Counted from the first letter of the stretch, positions 37,825-53,507 are shown. The stretch: DNA of 64,000 bases from the human T2T-CHM13v2.0 reference genome, Homo sapiens (GCF_009914755.1 NC_060926.1); one strand, 5' to 3'. Made by a program: numbers and translations. Notes: generated from the letters alone by a model not told the origin.

Positions 37825-37939
37825 CTTTTCTATCAGTTCTTTTGCTGCGTCATTTGTTTGTGCCTCAGAAGTTAGGGGACATTCCTCAATCACAAGCCTT
37901 GGGCGTCTTTGTCCACTGGGTGCTGCCGAATTCTTTGGG
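37825..37939 (-). CDS. RFTN2: RFTN2 internal coding exon (probably exon 3), 115 nt, (S)PKNSAAPSGQRRPRLVIEECPLTSEAQTNDAAKELIEK
   Basis: Translated by hand (absent from the ORF track). Acceptor ccctctgttacag, donor AAG|gtacta. Phase 2 to 0 bridges the flanking exons. Confidence 0.93.
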
Positions 37940-38775
37940 CTGTAACAGAGGGAATATGTTTATGGTTGGAGGCCAATTGCTGCTTTTCAGCTAATATGCT
38001 TATGTGAAAATGAGTGAGCAACTCACAAACAGGGTCAAGGTAATCATTTTTTATTATTTCAAACCTGATGGCTATCTTCTTATATAAAAATACCAGAAAA
38101 GCACAATAACTTCTATTAATTCAAATTTCCTTAATTTAAACTGCTATTAATTTAATTTGTCAGTTAGAAAGAAAGAAAAGCTTCATGTCTGTAGTTTTAA
38201 TAAACTTATAAGAAATAATTTTAGATTGTTGTTATATCTTATCGAACAAAAGCAGAAGTAAAAATTCCATTTAAATGCAAATAAATATTGCCCTTTTCCC
38301 TTTTTCTTCTTTTCTGATCTTTTTTCTTTGCTTATTCTTCGGCTTGCCAGGGTACTGCTAAATCTGTCTGAAGTAATCCTAAAAGCAGAAAAGATAATTC
38401 ACACATGGTTGATAAGATTTGTAATTAGGACATAAGCAATCCTACTATGCAAAAATGTCATGTTTGCTTAGTAATGCTTAAACTAGTAAATATCTGATGA
38501 GGCTTCATATTCTAGTGAAAGCTGAAGCCTGTACACACCCTGCCAGACATGTTAAAGTAGGCAATTACTCCATGGGAGATAGTGTTTCTTAAAATCACAC
38601 CTGGAATTTTTTTAAGTCTCTTTCTTGTTTTTTGAAATTTTCCTATTTTCTTAGTTTTCCTCTACTTTCATTTTTCCTTCTCTGCTTAGCCCTCTCTTAA
38701 AGTGATTGTTGTTGATCCATCACTGTAAAGAGAAAATGCAGTTTTTTCCCTGGTCTTTAGGATGGTTTTGATATA

Positions 38776-39123
38776 CAGTCATGCACTGCATAATGATGTT
38801 TCTGTCAACAATGGACTGCATATACAGCGGTGGTCCCGTAAGATTATAGAGTAACGTATTTTTACTGTACCTTTTCCATCTTTAGGTATGTTTAGCTACA
38901 CAAATACTTATTATTGTGATACCATTGCCTACAGTATTCAGTCGGTAACAGACTGTACAGGTTTGGAGTCTCAGAGCAATGGGCTATACCATATAGCCTA
39001 GGTGTATAGTAGGCTATACCATCTAGGTTTGTGTAAGTACACTCTATGATGTTCACACAATGACAAAGCAGCCTAAGGACACACTTCTTAGAATGCATCC
39101 CTGTCATTAAGCAACATATTAAT
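38776..39123 (+). mobile_element. Tigger3a-like MITE
   Basis: TA|CAGTCATGCACTGCATAATGATGTTTC start; GGCTATACCATCTAGGTTTGTGTAAGTACAC core. Confidence 0.85.
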
Positions 39124-39234
39124 TAAAGGGTTGTGTAAAAAAATTTAATGTGTTAATCTAAGATATTTGTCTGGTTATTTTTATTCTTAATTGGAAAGAA
39201 CAACAGTATTTTACCATGAAAACTATCAAATTTA

Positions 39235-39799
<565 letters not shown>

Positions 39800-40149
39800 T
39801 CAGCTCTTTAGCCTAGTGATAGTATCTGTAGCTCACTGCTTCTCCTGCATCTGCTGAAGTGGCTACAGGAGCTTCTAGGTGCCTCTGGAATCTATTTTGC
39901 TTTCCCTTTGTTCACTGACATCCTCACTTAGGACACATTTGTCTGCAAGAAGCAAAAATCAATCAGGAGTTTTAAGGAAGGAGGTGTAACATTTCCTTGC
40001 TTCAATCCAGGTTCCACTGCTGGAAAATGTGCTTTAAACTAAAACCCCCATGTGTCCTTTATTCTCTGCCACTTGATTCAAATTTTTTTTTCTTTTAGAC
40101 AAAGAGAACTGTCACCCTCACCTGCCTCTTTCTTGAATAGTGTGCTTAC

Positions 40150-40333
40150 CTTAATTTCAAGCGCAATAGCACCACTCTGTATAGGTAACTTGCAGGTAGG
40201 TGTTTTCGCTGCCCCACAGGTTGTATAACAGGATGAATAGCCCCGACAATATATCCTTTAAGATAATAGTTTTCCACTTTTGTTACTATATCCAGAATTG
40301 AATTTATCTTGATGACTTCTGGGTTTGATGAAG
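40150..40333 (-). CDS. RFTN2: RFTN2 internal coding exon (probably exon 2), 184 nt, (A)SSNPEVIKINSILDIVTKVENYYLKGYIVGAIHPVIQPVG...RVVLLRLKL
   Basis: Within ORF 40146-40388. Acceptor ttttgatatttcag, donor AAG|gtaagc. Phase 1 to 2. Confidence 0.95.
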
Positions 40334-40434
40334 CTGAAATATCAAAAGCAAAGAGAAATTTGCATATTCTTAAGATTGAATTATACATTATTTCTACCTA
40401 TGGGTGATAATACTAATGAATAGGAAAAGATCTT

Positions 40435-40590
40435 GGCCGGGTGCAATGGCACATGCGTGTAATCCCAGCACTTTGGAAGGCTGAGGCAGGGGGATTGTTT
40501 GAGCCCAGGAGTTTGAGACCAGCCTGGGCAACATAACAGGAACATAGTAGGACATTGTCTCTACAAAAAAAAAAAACAACAAAAAAAAAC
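40435..40590 (+). mobile_element. Alu left monomer / FLAM-like
   Basis: Single Alu arm with A tail. Confidence 0.85.
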
Positions 40591-40882
40591 TCCAATGGCT
40601 TAATCTCAGATAAAGTTACATTAACATGTATTTATACATTTTTAAAGTCATTTCAGAAAAAAGGAAAAGTGACCTTACAAATTAGTAGATACATAATATC
40701 ACCCATATGTCTAAAGCAGAAATACAATGTCTTATGAGTTTTTTCAATTAGGTCAGTTTCATTTTTTAGGATTTCATTTGAGTGACTATATTTCCATTAA
40801 TAGATATTGAAGACATACATAGGAGATACAATAATTTGAAGAGCCAGTCATTTTTATGACTGAACAAGATGAGATGCATAAT

Positions 40883-41179
40883 TTCTTTTCTTTTCTTTTT
40901 TTCTTTTTTGAGAGAGGGTCTCACTCTGTCCCCCAGGCTGGAGTGCAGTGGCACAATCGTGGCTCTCTGTAGCCCCCACCTCCCGGGCTCACACAATCCT
41001 TCCACGTAGCTGGGACTATAGGTGCATGCCACCACACCCGGCTGAGTTTTGTATTTTTTGTAGAGGCGAGGTTTTGCCATGTTGCCCAGGCTGATCTCAA
41101 ACTCCTGAGCTCAAGCAAGCCTGCTGCCTTGGCTTCCCAAAGTGTTGGGATTATAGGTGTGAGCCAGCGCTCCCAGCCG
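40883..41179 (-). mobile_element. Alu (AluJ-like)
   Basis: GAGATGCATAATTTCTT on both flanks. Confidence 0.9.
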
Positions 41180-43643
41180 AGATGCATAATTTCTTAAAAA
41201 TAAAATTCATACCAATCTAATAACTAAAAATGGGAGAAATGGCATTTATTAGGCAGCACTTGTCAAGGCTTTCTTATTTCTAATTACTCTTTCAAAGCAC
41301 TGTGTTTTAAGTTTATCTGGGAAGCTAAACATATAATTTCTCATGGTGCTTATGTAAATGCTTGAGTAAAGGTGAATGAAAAAGTACAGATATCCAGTAG
41401 TCTCTTTAATAAATAAAAATTCTAAACGTAGTGGAAATTTAAATGCAAAATTGATTTGCAATTAAACCATTCCTTGAAGGATAGCAAATCTGTAGAAACT
41501 ATAGAATAGCACTATCTGTACAGACTTTAGAGTAGTAAAAGGAAAAGAGTGTGTTATTTGAGAAAATGTTCTTAATGATCCAGCAGTATTAATTTAAATA
41601 ACAACTTTATTTGCTACAACAATATTTCTCATTGTATGAAAAACAATCAAGAAGTAATACCTAGAAATAGACCTGCATTTTGATTATCTCTTAAGTAACA
41701 AGACATATGAAATTAATTCCAGATATGAGCCTAGTTGGCTGTTGACCTCTGTCAGTGTGGTGAGTGGTGTCTGGCAAAGAACTGCGGCTGATTGCCTGAG
41801 CACAGGAAGGAGGTTAAGAAGCAGATGAGGAGGAAGGGCCAGAGGAAATCCCCTCCTCCCCTTACATCAGTATCCACATGATGAGACAAATCCACCATCA
41901 GTGGGTATTCACGCCAACTTCAAAAACTAAAATAAGCGCTCAACAGAAAAGTTCTATAAACCAGGAAGGGTCCACTTCCTCCAATTTTCACCCTCTTTTG
42001 GATTTAAATTAATATTTTATTTACAATATATCTTCTTCATCATTATGAATAGGAATGAAAACAAAGAGAATGATCTTGGACTTTGAAGAAACAGCTGGGC
42101 TTCCTTGTAAACAGCCCAGCTCTGCTTGTTGGTGTGGCAATTCTGTGATTCATTTGGTTTTGCTCTTTAGTATTTTGACTACCAACTCTGATTTCTAAAC
42201 AAAGGAACTGAAAAACTATAACAAAATGGAAGCAACTCTTAACACTAAGGAATGAAACATAACCTAAACTTATTTTTAGAACTATATACTAATCTTAAAA
42301 AAATTTAAAGAAAATTGTTTACTGCAGGAAGTGGAAATGTCTTAGTGTAATACAAAAGAATCTTCATAGTCTGGCCTCTGCCTCTTGATTCAGCCTCCAC
42401 GCGTGTTAGTCTTTCTCTTACGTGTCTTGCTTTGGGATGCTGGAAGGACTTGGTGTTTCTGAACCTGCCACTCTGTTTCATGCCACCAGGCCTTCATTTC
42501 CTTCCCTGTTCTCCCAGCCTGAGTTAATTATTCCTTCCTCTGGGCTGCATGTCCTTCTATTAGTGTGCTTATCAGATTGTATTATAGTTATTTGTTTATA
42601 TGTCTTGGCTGTTAGACTGAGAATTCCTTAAGGGAAAGGAACCTACTGTATTCATGTCTTTCTATGTCTAGCATGTTCCTTAGGTCACTATGTTAAATTG
42701 GAAATACTGCTCATAAGGGGAATTAAGAAATGAAGTTATTGCATAAAAAAGGCAAGCAATCAAGATTAGCTAGTGGAAATAAAAAAAGTTAGGTTAGCAA
42801 TTTCAGGAACAATTGTTCACATTATCTAGGCCTTGGAGAAGAGAGACAAAACAGAGAAAAACATAGGCAGTGACGTGGAATTTGTAAAAATTCTTTTGAT
42901 CATGGAAGTGGGGATGGTTAAGAACATACTGAGAATCCAAATAAATAGAGGTAAAGGTCATATTTACTTCAGGAGTCTCTAGCATAAGGCTTCACCACAT
43001 GTTCCTCATTTTAATGATATTACAATGAGAAAAAGCCATGTTGCAAATGAAGAAAAAATACTTAGAGGTGGAGCTAATGGGATTTAATTAGCTCCATCTT
43101 TGAATGAAATCCAGAAAGAAATCTGGGAGAAGATTGTACCACAAATAATGATTTAATGAAGGGGAAGAATGTGGCTTTTATTCAGAAAAGTTCACATGAG
43201 CTTGTGGGCTTGGGAGTACTTCTGGATACTGCTGGCCTTGCTGCTCTTGCTGACTTGGTTGGAGTCACTGTCAGGGCACATGTTGCCTCATGTTGCCTAC
43301 CTCGTCTACCTTAGCACCACTGATTGGAAGGAAACCCCAGAAATCAAGAACTCAGGGTTGAGAAAAGTCCACCCTCCCAGAGCTTTGGGTTAGACTTCAG
43401 GGAAATTTAGGCAGCTCAACACTCTGTTCTTTGCAATCTTACTGTCATCCCAGATAGTGAAGAACGGCAGAAGCCCACACAAAAAAGGCACCTACGAAGT
43501 TCAAAGAGGCACTTAAGTTGCTACTACATATAGATTATTTGAAAGTATTTCAATGGTTCTGTATTTTTACCAGATACTCAGCAGTTAGTAATTAATTTTA
43601 TTTTAGCTCCATAATACCCCCTTCACTACCCAATTAAATGTCA

Positions 43644-43766
43644 TTTGGAGTTGGATTGTAGTAATGGCTGCACAACAATATGAATGTACTTAATGTCACT
43701 GAACTGTACACTTACTAATAGCTAAAATGGTAAATTTCATGTCATGTATGTTTTACTACAATAAAA
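43644..43766 (+). mobile_element. Old L1M (L1MB/MC) 3' end
   Basis: GAATGTACTTAATGTCACTGAACTGTACAC...TTTTACTACAATAAAA. Confidence 0.75.
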
Positions 43767-43809
43767 AGATATATAATATATATTAAAATATATAAAAATT
43801 GTAGGAAAA

Positions 43810-45410
<1,601 letters not shown>

Positions 45411-45774
45411 TTTTAAAAAGTACAATGGCATCTATTTTTTGGTTAAAAAGGCATATACTTTCTTCCTCAAAAATGATGCAAGAAAAATAAAGAACTTTGA
45501 TACTTTCCTGGCAGTTTTACTTGATTATCCAGCAACGTAGGTTGCAAAATGAAAACCTAAAAAGCAATGATGGTGTAAGGAATTTTAAGGCTTATTTAAA
45601 AAATAATATTTACATGACTAAAGTGAAACACAAAAGTCCATAGATTGTGGTTGATTACAAATATAAGTAGAGGTGAGCATTTCATTTTTGTGAAGGTGTG
45701 TCTTTATAAATTATAAAATTGAACCCAATAATAGGTCTTGGAAATCCTCTTGGTATCTTTCAATACTGTAGGCC

Positions 45775-46378
45775 GGGTGATAATTATGATGTGCTTGTCA
45801 ATACCTGTGCAAAGTTGATTGTTTTTCCATGTGGCATGGCTGGACAACCCAGAGTGCTTGAAGTTTCAGTCAACAAACTGTTCAAGGATCACTTAAGAAA
45901 AGAATATGAGTCCTGGTGGCTGCTTGAAAACTTTCCATTGGTAGCCTCTGGCAATATGAGGAAAGCCCCAGTCTCAAACTTAGCAGAATGGGTGTCAGCT
46001 ACTTGAAAGAAAACCCTAGCACTTGCTTAAGAAATGCAGCATTACCAATACTCTTGACCGCTCATAGGAAGATTACGTGGAAAAATGGGGAAATGAGGGC
46101 TCTAAGTTCTAAAAGTGATTCAGAAGAGTCAGGTCTTAAGTGTGAGGAACTTTTAGAAATATCTTCATTTCACTTAATTTCCTTTTCTTATGTATGTAAG
46201 AGAGATATATAATGAAATACTTATGTTTAAAATGTCTAAAAGAGCTTTTGCCATGGGTAAAAACTAAAATTACTGAAAGAAAATAGTTATAGTTTAATTG
46301 GTGCATTTTTCTTTCTTAATGGTACATAAAATAATAGTGTGTTTTATAATCAATGGTGTCTTAGAGTTAATTATATAG
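45775..46378 (+). mobile_element. Tc2/pogo (Kanga-like) DNA transposon fossil with a transposase fragment
   Basis: ORF 45719-46006 peptide LIVFPCGMAGQPRVLEVSVNKLFKDHLRKEYESW...SGNMRKAPVSNLAEWV resembles the C-terminal DDE segment of POGK-type transposases. The end GTTTTATAATCAATGGTGTCTTAGA resembles a Kanga terminus. Left boundary uncertain. Confidence 0.65.
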
Positions 46379-46739
46379 CAAAGAAGGGATGGTGTATATA
46401 TTAGCTAAGAGAATGAAGATTTGAAGAGCTCTTTGTTTGGTGGTACAAAGGTCTCCCAAACAAAAAAATCTAACAGGGATAAAGTCTAAGTTCAAAACAC
46501 AGAGTGACAGAATTCTGATTTAATATATTTTCACTGGAGGGGGCAGGGGAAATCCTGTGGTCTGTAGCTGACTGCAAACTAATTATAAGCCAAGAGTTAA
46601 TCTAATGTGATCGTTGGCTATCTGGAAAAAAATTACCTCCAAAGGCAGGAGGCTCACTAAGTTCTTTATTGAGCAGACCATCTCATTAGTATATTCCTTG
46701 CTTTAGCATTAATAACTATCCAAATAATAATAACCAGAA

Positions 46740-46905
46740 TATACTATTTACCTAATTATATTATTAATATCTGCCTCCCCCACAAGGGCAGGATGAAAGC
46801 TCTGTGAGGGCAGGGATATTCATGCTTTGTTCAGTGCTGTATCTCTATACTTAGAGTATTGCCTAGCAGACAGATGTTCAATTAATATCTGTTGAATGGA
46901 TAAGT
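46740..46905 (+). mobile_element. L2 3' end
   Basis: AAGCTCTGTGAGGGCAGGGA...AATATCTGTTGAATGGATAA. Confidence 0.7.
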
Positions 46906-47309
46906 AAACTGTTTTCAATTTAGGGGTGAAATTAGAGACATTCAGTAACAAGCTGGAGTACATTCAAAAGAAAGTGCTCAGGATAATGAGGGGTCTGGAG
47001 ACCCTGATGGGTGTCTTTCAACTGTGCAAAATAATATGTGAGGAACAGGGCACCATCTGGATATATCTGAAGGGCTGTCACACAGAAGAGGCTGGCAGGT
47101 AGAACACTGACTAAGCAATGGAAGACTCAGTTACCCATGGGAATACTCCCCCAAACTGCATGTGGCAGGGCAGAGTGAGACTCTGACATGCTCATTAAAA
47201 AATATCTATCTGGTTAGTTAAAAAAAAAAAAAGGCTAAAACAATAGAGGTGAAAGAGATTTTTGTTCAACTTTACTAGAAAGCAGACTGCCAGCAACTTC
47301 AAAAATCTA

Positions 47310-47385
47310 TTGGGTTGGTGCAAAAATAATTATGGTGTTTGCCATTGCTTTCAATGGCAAAGCAATTACTTTTGCAATAACAGAA
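47310..47385. mobile_element. MADE1 (Hsmar1-derived palindromic MITE)
   Basis: TA|TTGGGTTGGTGCAAAAATAATT...TTTGCCATTGCTTTCAATGGCAAA...AATTACTTTTGCA. Confidence 0.85.
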
Positions 47386-47509
47386 CAGTAGAAATAACCT
47401 CAATTTACCAAAAAAAAGTTCTGAAAAAGTCCATCCACTTTTTCCATAAGAAAGGCATGGAGCCACCTCCCCTTAACAACTCTCTCAACCAACTGCTCAT
47501 TGAACTGGG

Positions 47510-48283
<774 letters not shown>

Positions 48284-48385
48284 GTTAGAAGTAGCAAGGA
48301 CACAATGATAATAGCAAAAGAGACAGATGACACCAGAGGGAATAAAATGAATTACAAAACTGGATAAAATAACTATACAAATATA

Positions 48386-48710
<325 letters not shown>

Positions 48711-49213
48711 CTATACAAACATTAGTCTGGGGCCACTTAAAGGGCTTTACATATGTCATTAGTTTAAACCAATAACAATAATGAAGTCATCCCCCTTTCA
48801 TTCTGTTGTTTCAGAACAGTTTTTAAAAGCAGAATTATACAACATGTTAAAATAATCACAAAGAAGATAGCTATAATAGAATAAAATTGATGCTTAAAGA
48901 GGTTCCTGTTTAGGTGCAGAATGTGTTCCCAAGAAATACCTCGTTTCTGGTGATGTCAGAAAAATTTTGCATCATTGGAATAAGTTCTGCTTTTCTGGTC
49001 TAATCCACATCTTCTTGCACTCTCAATAAAGTAAGGATATTGTCTTAAGTCTTACCATAGTAGAAATGTTAATGCAAGAAACACACACACACACATAAAA
49101 GTTTCAGGAGGAATTACAAACTGAGAAATCCAGAAAAGTTAGAAAGGGAGAACAAATGTTGTACATCAGTGCTAATAAACATATTTGAACATAAGCTTAT
49201 GTAAAGATCATGG

Positions 49214-49510
<297 letters not shown>

Positions 49511-49729
49511 TCATATTTGTTTTGGGCCCACTGCTTTACATTAATATTCAACTGTTTCAAGTGTGCATGTTCTCCTATCTGGAGGTCAATGTCTTTTGAT
49601 AAAACTGTAGCACCCAGCACAGAGATGACATTACGGTAAGTACCTAAAAATACTTATTAAAAGACCCACTGAAAGAAAACTTGGGCGTACTATTAATATA
49701 TTTCACAAACAGAGCTCCAGGGTACTCAT

Positions 49730-50205
49730 GGAGCAGTGGTTTAGGCCATAGACTCCAGCACCAGACTTCCGGGATCCAAATCCTAGCTCTGCCACACCTA
49801 GTAAGGTATTTCCCTTCTGTGTGCCGTAGTTTCCTCATCTGCAAAATGGGAATAATCAGAATCCTCCTTATATGGTTGTTAGGAGGATTAATAAATTAAT
49901 CTTGGTTCCTAGAGAGTGTCTGGCACACAGTAAGTGCTCTACAACCATTGGTTGCTTTGTAATGAGGTCCTCTTATGTAGAAAGAGAGGCAGTACACTAT
50001 TCTCTTTAAGAGCATTAGGCTCTGGAAGCAATTCACCTGGGTTTGAATCCTGATTATGCCATTTACTAAGCATGTGATCTAGAACAAGTTACCTTTCCTT
50101 TCTGAAACAAGAATAAAGAATAATATTAACTTCATAGAGTTATTGTGAAAATAACTGTAAAACATGAGCCCAGGGCCTGGTGCAAGTAAACACGCAAATA
50201 GACAT
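49730..50205 (+). mobile_element. Two MIR fragments
   Basis: GTTTCCTCATCTGCAAAATGGGAATAAT and CTGGGTTTGAATCCTG cores. Confidence 0.7.
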
Positions 50206-50705
50206 CGGTGATTTGCCCATTTGTTGATGGTCCAGCTCTGAGAAGATAGTTTCAAATGAAGTTGCCCTTAAAGATAAGTCATTGTTGGTTTAAAAAATCT
50301 CCGGGAAGATCATGGTAGGGATTTGAATATATTCCAAAAATATGGCCTCGTTGCCAAACTACAGAACTCTGGATTAGAGGTCTCTAACTCACTTTCTAGA
50401 GCAGAAATCTTGAACTCATGCTCTAGATCTTGGGTTTCTAACTGAGACTTAGATCAAGAGTCCCTAGATCTAAGATCAGTGGTCTCTAGCTCAAACTGAT
50501 CTACTACATAGAGTCCTTGACTCAAATGCCTCACAGGTACTAGGCTGATAAAACAAAGAAAGGAGCTACACAGGAGGAGGCTGCAGGACCTGGAGAACAC
50601 TCAAAGCCTCATCCAAAGAGTGCACCATCCCTGGGCCCAGTGCTGCCATGTGGAATTGTGGGCCCAGGTCACTGGACCTTCTCAGTTAAAAAAATTAAAA
50701 AAAAA

Positions 50706-50833
50706 ATTTTTTTTGGTAGAGATGGGGTCTTGCTATTTGGCCAGGCTTGTACTGAACTCCTGGCCTAAAGTGATCTTCCTGCCTCGGCCTCCCAAAGGGC
50801 TGGGGTTACAGGCATGAGCTACTATTCCTGGCC
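50706..50833 (-). mobile_element. Alu left monomer / FLAM-like
   Basis: Single reverse Alu arm. Confidence 0.85.
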
Positions 50834-51097
50834 AAGCATCTTCTAATTTTTAAGAAAACCCCTAAATCCAATTCTTATATAATATTTCCCAGTTTAAAAA
50901 AAGTGACAATTAATTAAAATATTTAATACTGTCCATCCCAAAGGAGACCTGTCTGAAGGCTAAATACAGCCTGAGTCTCATTAGTTTGTAACTTCTGCCC
51001 TGGGTCACCCCAGGGATTCTGTAGACCAGAGCTTGCCTAGACCATTTGAGACAGTGTTCAGCCTTCTAGGATACAGAAAAAGTGATCTAGTTTTCCT

Positions 51098-51750
51098 AGA
51101 CTTGGCCTCAAACACTGAACCTATTGTGGAAACATAATTATTCACTCTGGTGAGCGCTGATGAAAATTCCTCACTCTATAGGCACAGCTCTCCCCTTCTT
51201 CACATCTCTAAACTGAAGCAGGTTTGAATACCTAGCAAGTTCCTAACAGCCCTCCAATCTCATTTACACATGGTTTTAAACATTATGTTATTTAAACATT
51301 TTTCTAATTTTCCTCATTTGTAGGGATGGGAGAGTGATGTAATGGGGGACTGAGGTTCACTCTATAAGAAAGTTGTCCTCATTATTGGGACCTGATGTAA
51401 ACAAAAGGAGTGTAAACATTGGGAGTTGTAATGTAAACACTGGGAGTTACTGTAAACATGCCATCATCATTCAAGGAAGGTAAACCCAGGAGCAAGAAGA
51501 GGAGCAATAAATGTGGGAATTTTGTTGAGAACTTTCTTTCATGTAATTCCCCTGGTTCTTAATAATGTTTAAAACCGTGCAGAAATGAGATTGGAGGGCT
51601 GTTAGGAACTTGCTAGGTATTCAAACCTTCTTCAGTTTAGAGATGTGAAGAAGGGGAGAGCTGTGCCTATAGAGTCAGGAATTTTCATCAGAGCTCACCA
51701 GAGTGAATAATTACGTTTCCACGATAGGCTCAGTGTTTGAGGCCAAGTCT
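51098..51750. repeat. Long inverted repeat: arms 51098-51286 and 51562-51750 (189 bp each), 275-bp spacer
   Basis: Manual alignment of arm 1 to the reverse complement of arm 2: 179/189 identical, no gaps. Confidence 0.97.
51396..51458 (+). promoter_or_regulatory. Cluster of four forkhead consensus motifs TGTAAACA
   Basis: Exact 8-mers at 51396, 51411, 51432 and 51451; function untested. Confidence 0.5.
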
Positions 51751-51974
51751 TTGATTTGATGTTCTTATGCTGGGGCAGTAATATCAGAGCCTCTATTATG
51801 TTTTTTTCCCCCTCATGCTACCTTGTCTAAGACTATTTTTAAAAAATATTTTTTTTTTTTTAGAAAAAAAAAATGAGTATCCTTTAAGGACTTGGATTTG
51901 ACTTCCTTCCAATGCCTGGTCTTCATAAACCTTACTTATGAGGGATGTGTGACCCCTAAGCATGCACATAGTCT

Positions 51975-52252
51975 GCTGCCCAGGTTGGACTGCAATGGCG
52001 CCATCTTGACTCACCGCAGTCTCGACCTCCTGGGCTCAGGTGATCCTCCCACCTCAGCCTCCTGAGTAGCTGGGACCACAGGCGCATGCCATGACACCAT
52101 GCTAATATTTTGTATTATTGTTTTTTTTTTTTGGCAGAGGTGGGGTTTCTCCATGTTGCCCAGGCTGGTCTTGAACTCCTGGACTCAGGCTATCCTCGTT
52201 CCTAGACTTTCCAAAGTTCTGGGATTACAGGCATGAACCTCTGTGCCTGGCC
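51975..52252 (-). mobile_element. Alu (AluJ-like), tail missing
   Basis: Reverse Alu body. Confidence 0.88.
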
Positions 52253-52884
52253 CCTATTACTTTTTAAACAGAGGAAATTAAGGGAGAGGTAATGGTAGTT
52301 TGGCTAGAATTTGAACAGCACAGGTGGTTAGCAGTAGCTGCAAGCCTTCTTCTCTTCTTAGCTCCCCAACCACCAGCAGTTCTTTCTCAGTTCTTTAGGG
52401 GAAGAAACAAATGGGGTTGTTTACAGCTTTAATGAGTGTGGTTGGTTACTGTTAAATTGATGCTACATTATTTGTAAGAGCTCTATATATCTTGCAAGGC
52501 TATCATGAGGAACTCATGAAAGAAAGCATTTTGCAATTACTTTGAAAACTGTGCAAAGTGAATGTTATTATTAAAATTAAAACATGCTGAATGTTAAGTA
52601 ACATTTTTCATTTATTCTTATAGTTTCTAAAATAAACATCAAAGACTTTATGCTCTTTTGCTTAAAAGCTTCATAGACAAAGATCAAATTTTTAAAAATA
52701 GAAAAAGTCATATACTATGACTTTAATATAAAGTCATATATTAAAGCTAAGACTTTGTTCAATGCTAAAAGTTTTGCTCTGATGATGTAACTCTATGAAA
52801 ATAGTCCAAGACATACATATGTTCTTTCCACCAATTTACCTCTGATGACTGGTGTGTATTTTTGAAATACTTATGAAATATTAG

Positions 52885-53163
52885 GGCCAGGCATGATGGC
52901 TCACACCTGTAATCCCAACACTTTGGGAGGCTGAGGCAGGTGGATCAGGTGGTCAGGAGATCGAGACCATCCTGGTCAACATGGTGAAACCCCGTCTCTA
53001 CTAAAAATACAAAAATTAGCCCGGCATGGTGGTACACTCCTGTAGGCCCAGCTACTTGGGAGGCACCAGGAGGCAAAGGTTGCAGTGAGCTGAGACCGTG
53101 CTGCTGCACTCCAGCCTGGCAACAGAGCAAGACTCCATCTCATAAAAAAAAAAAAAAAAAAAA
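52885..53163 (+). mobile_element. Alu with a short internal deletion in the right arm
   Basis: GGGAGGCACCAGGAGGC lacks the TGAGGCAGGAGAATCGCTTGA segment. Confidence 0.9.
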
Positions 53164-53180
53164 GAAATATTATTTCCTCA

Positions 53181-53507
<327 letters not shown>

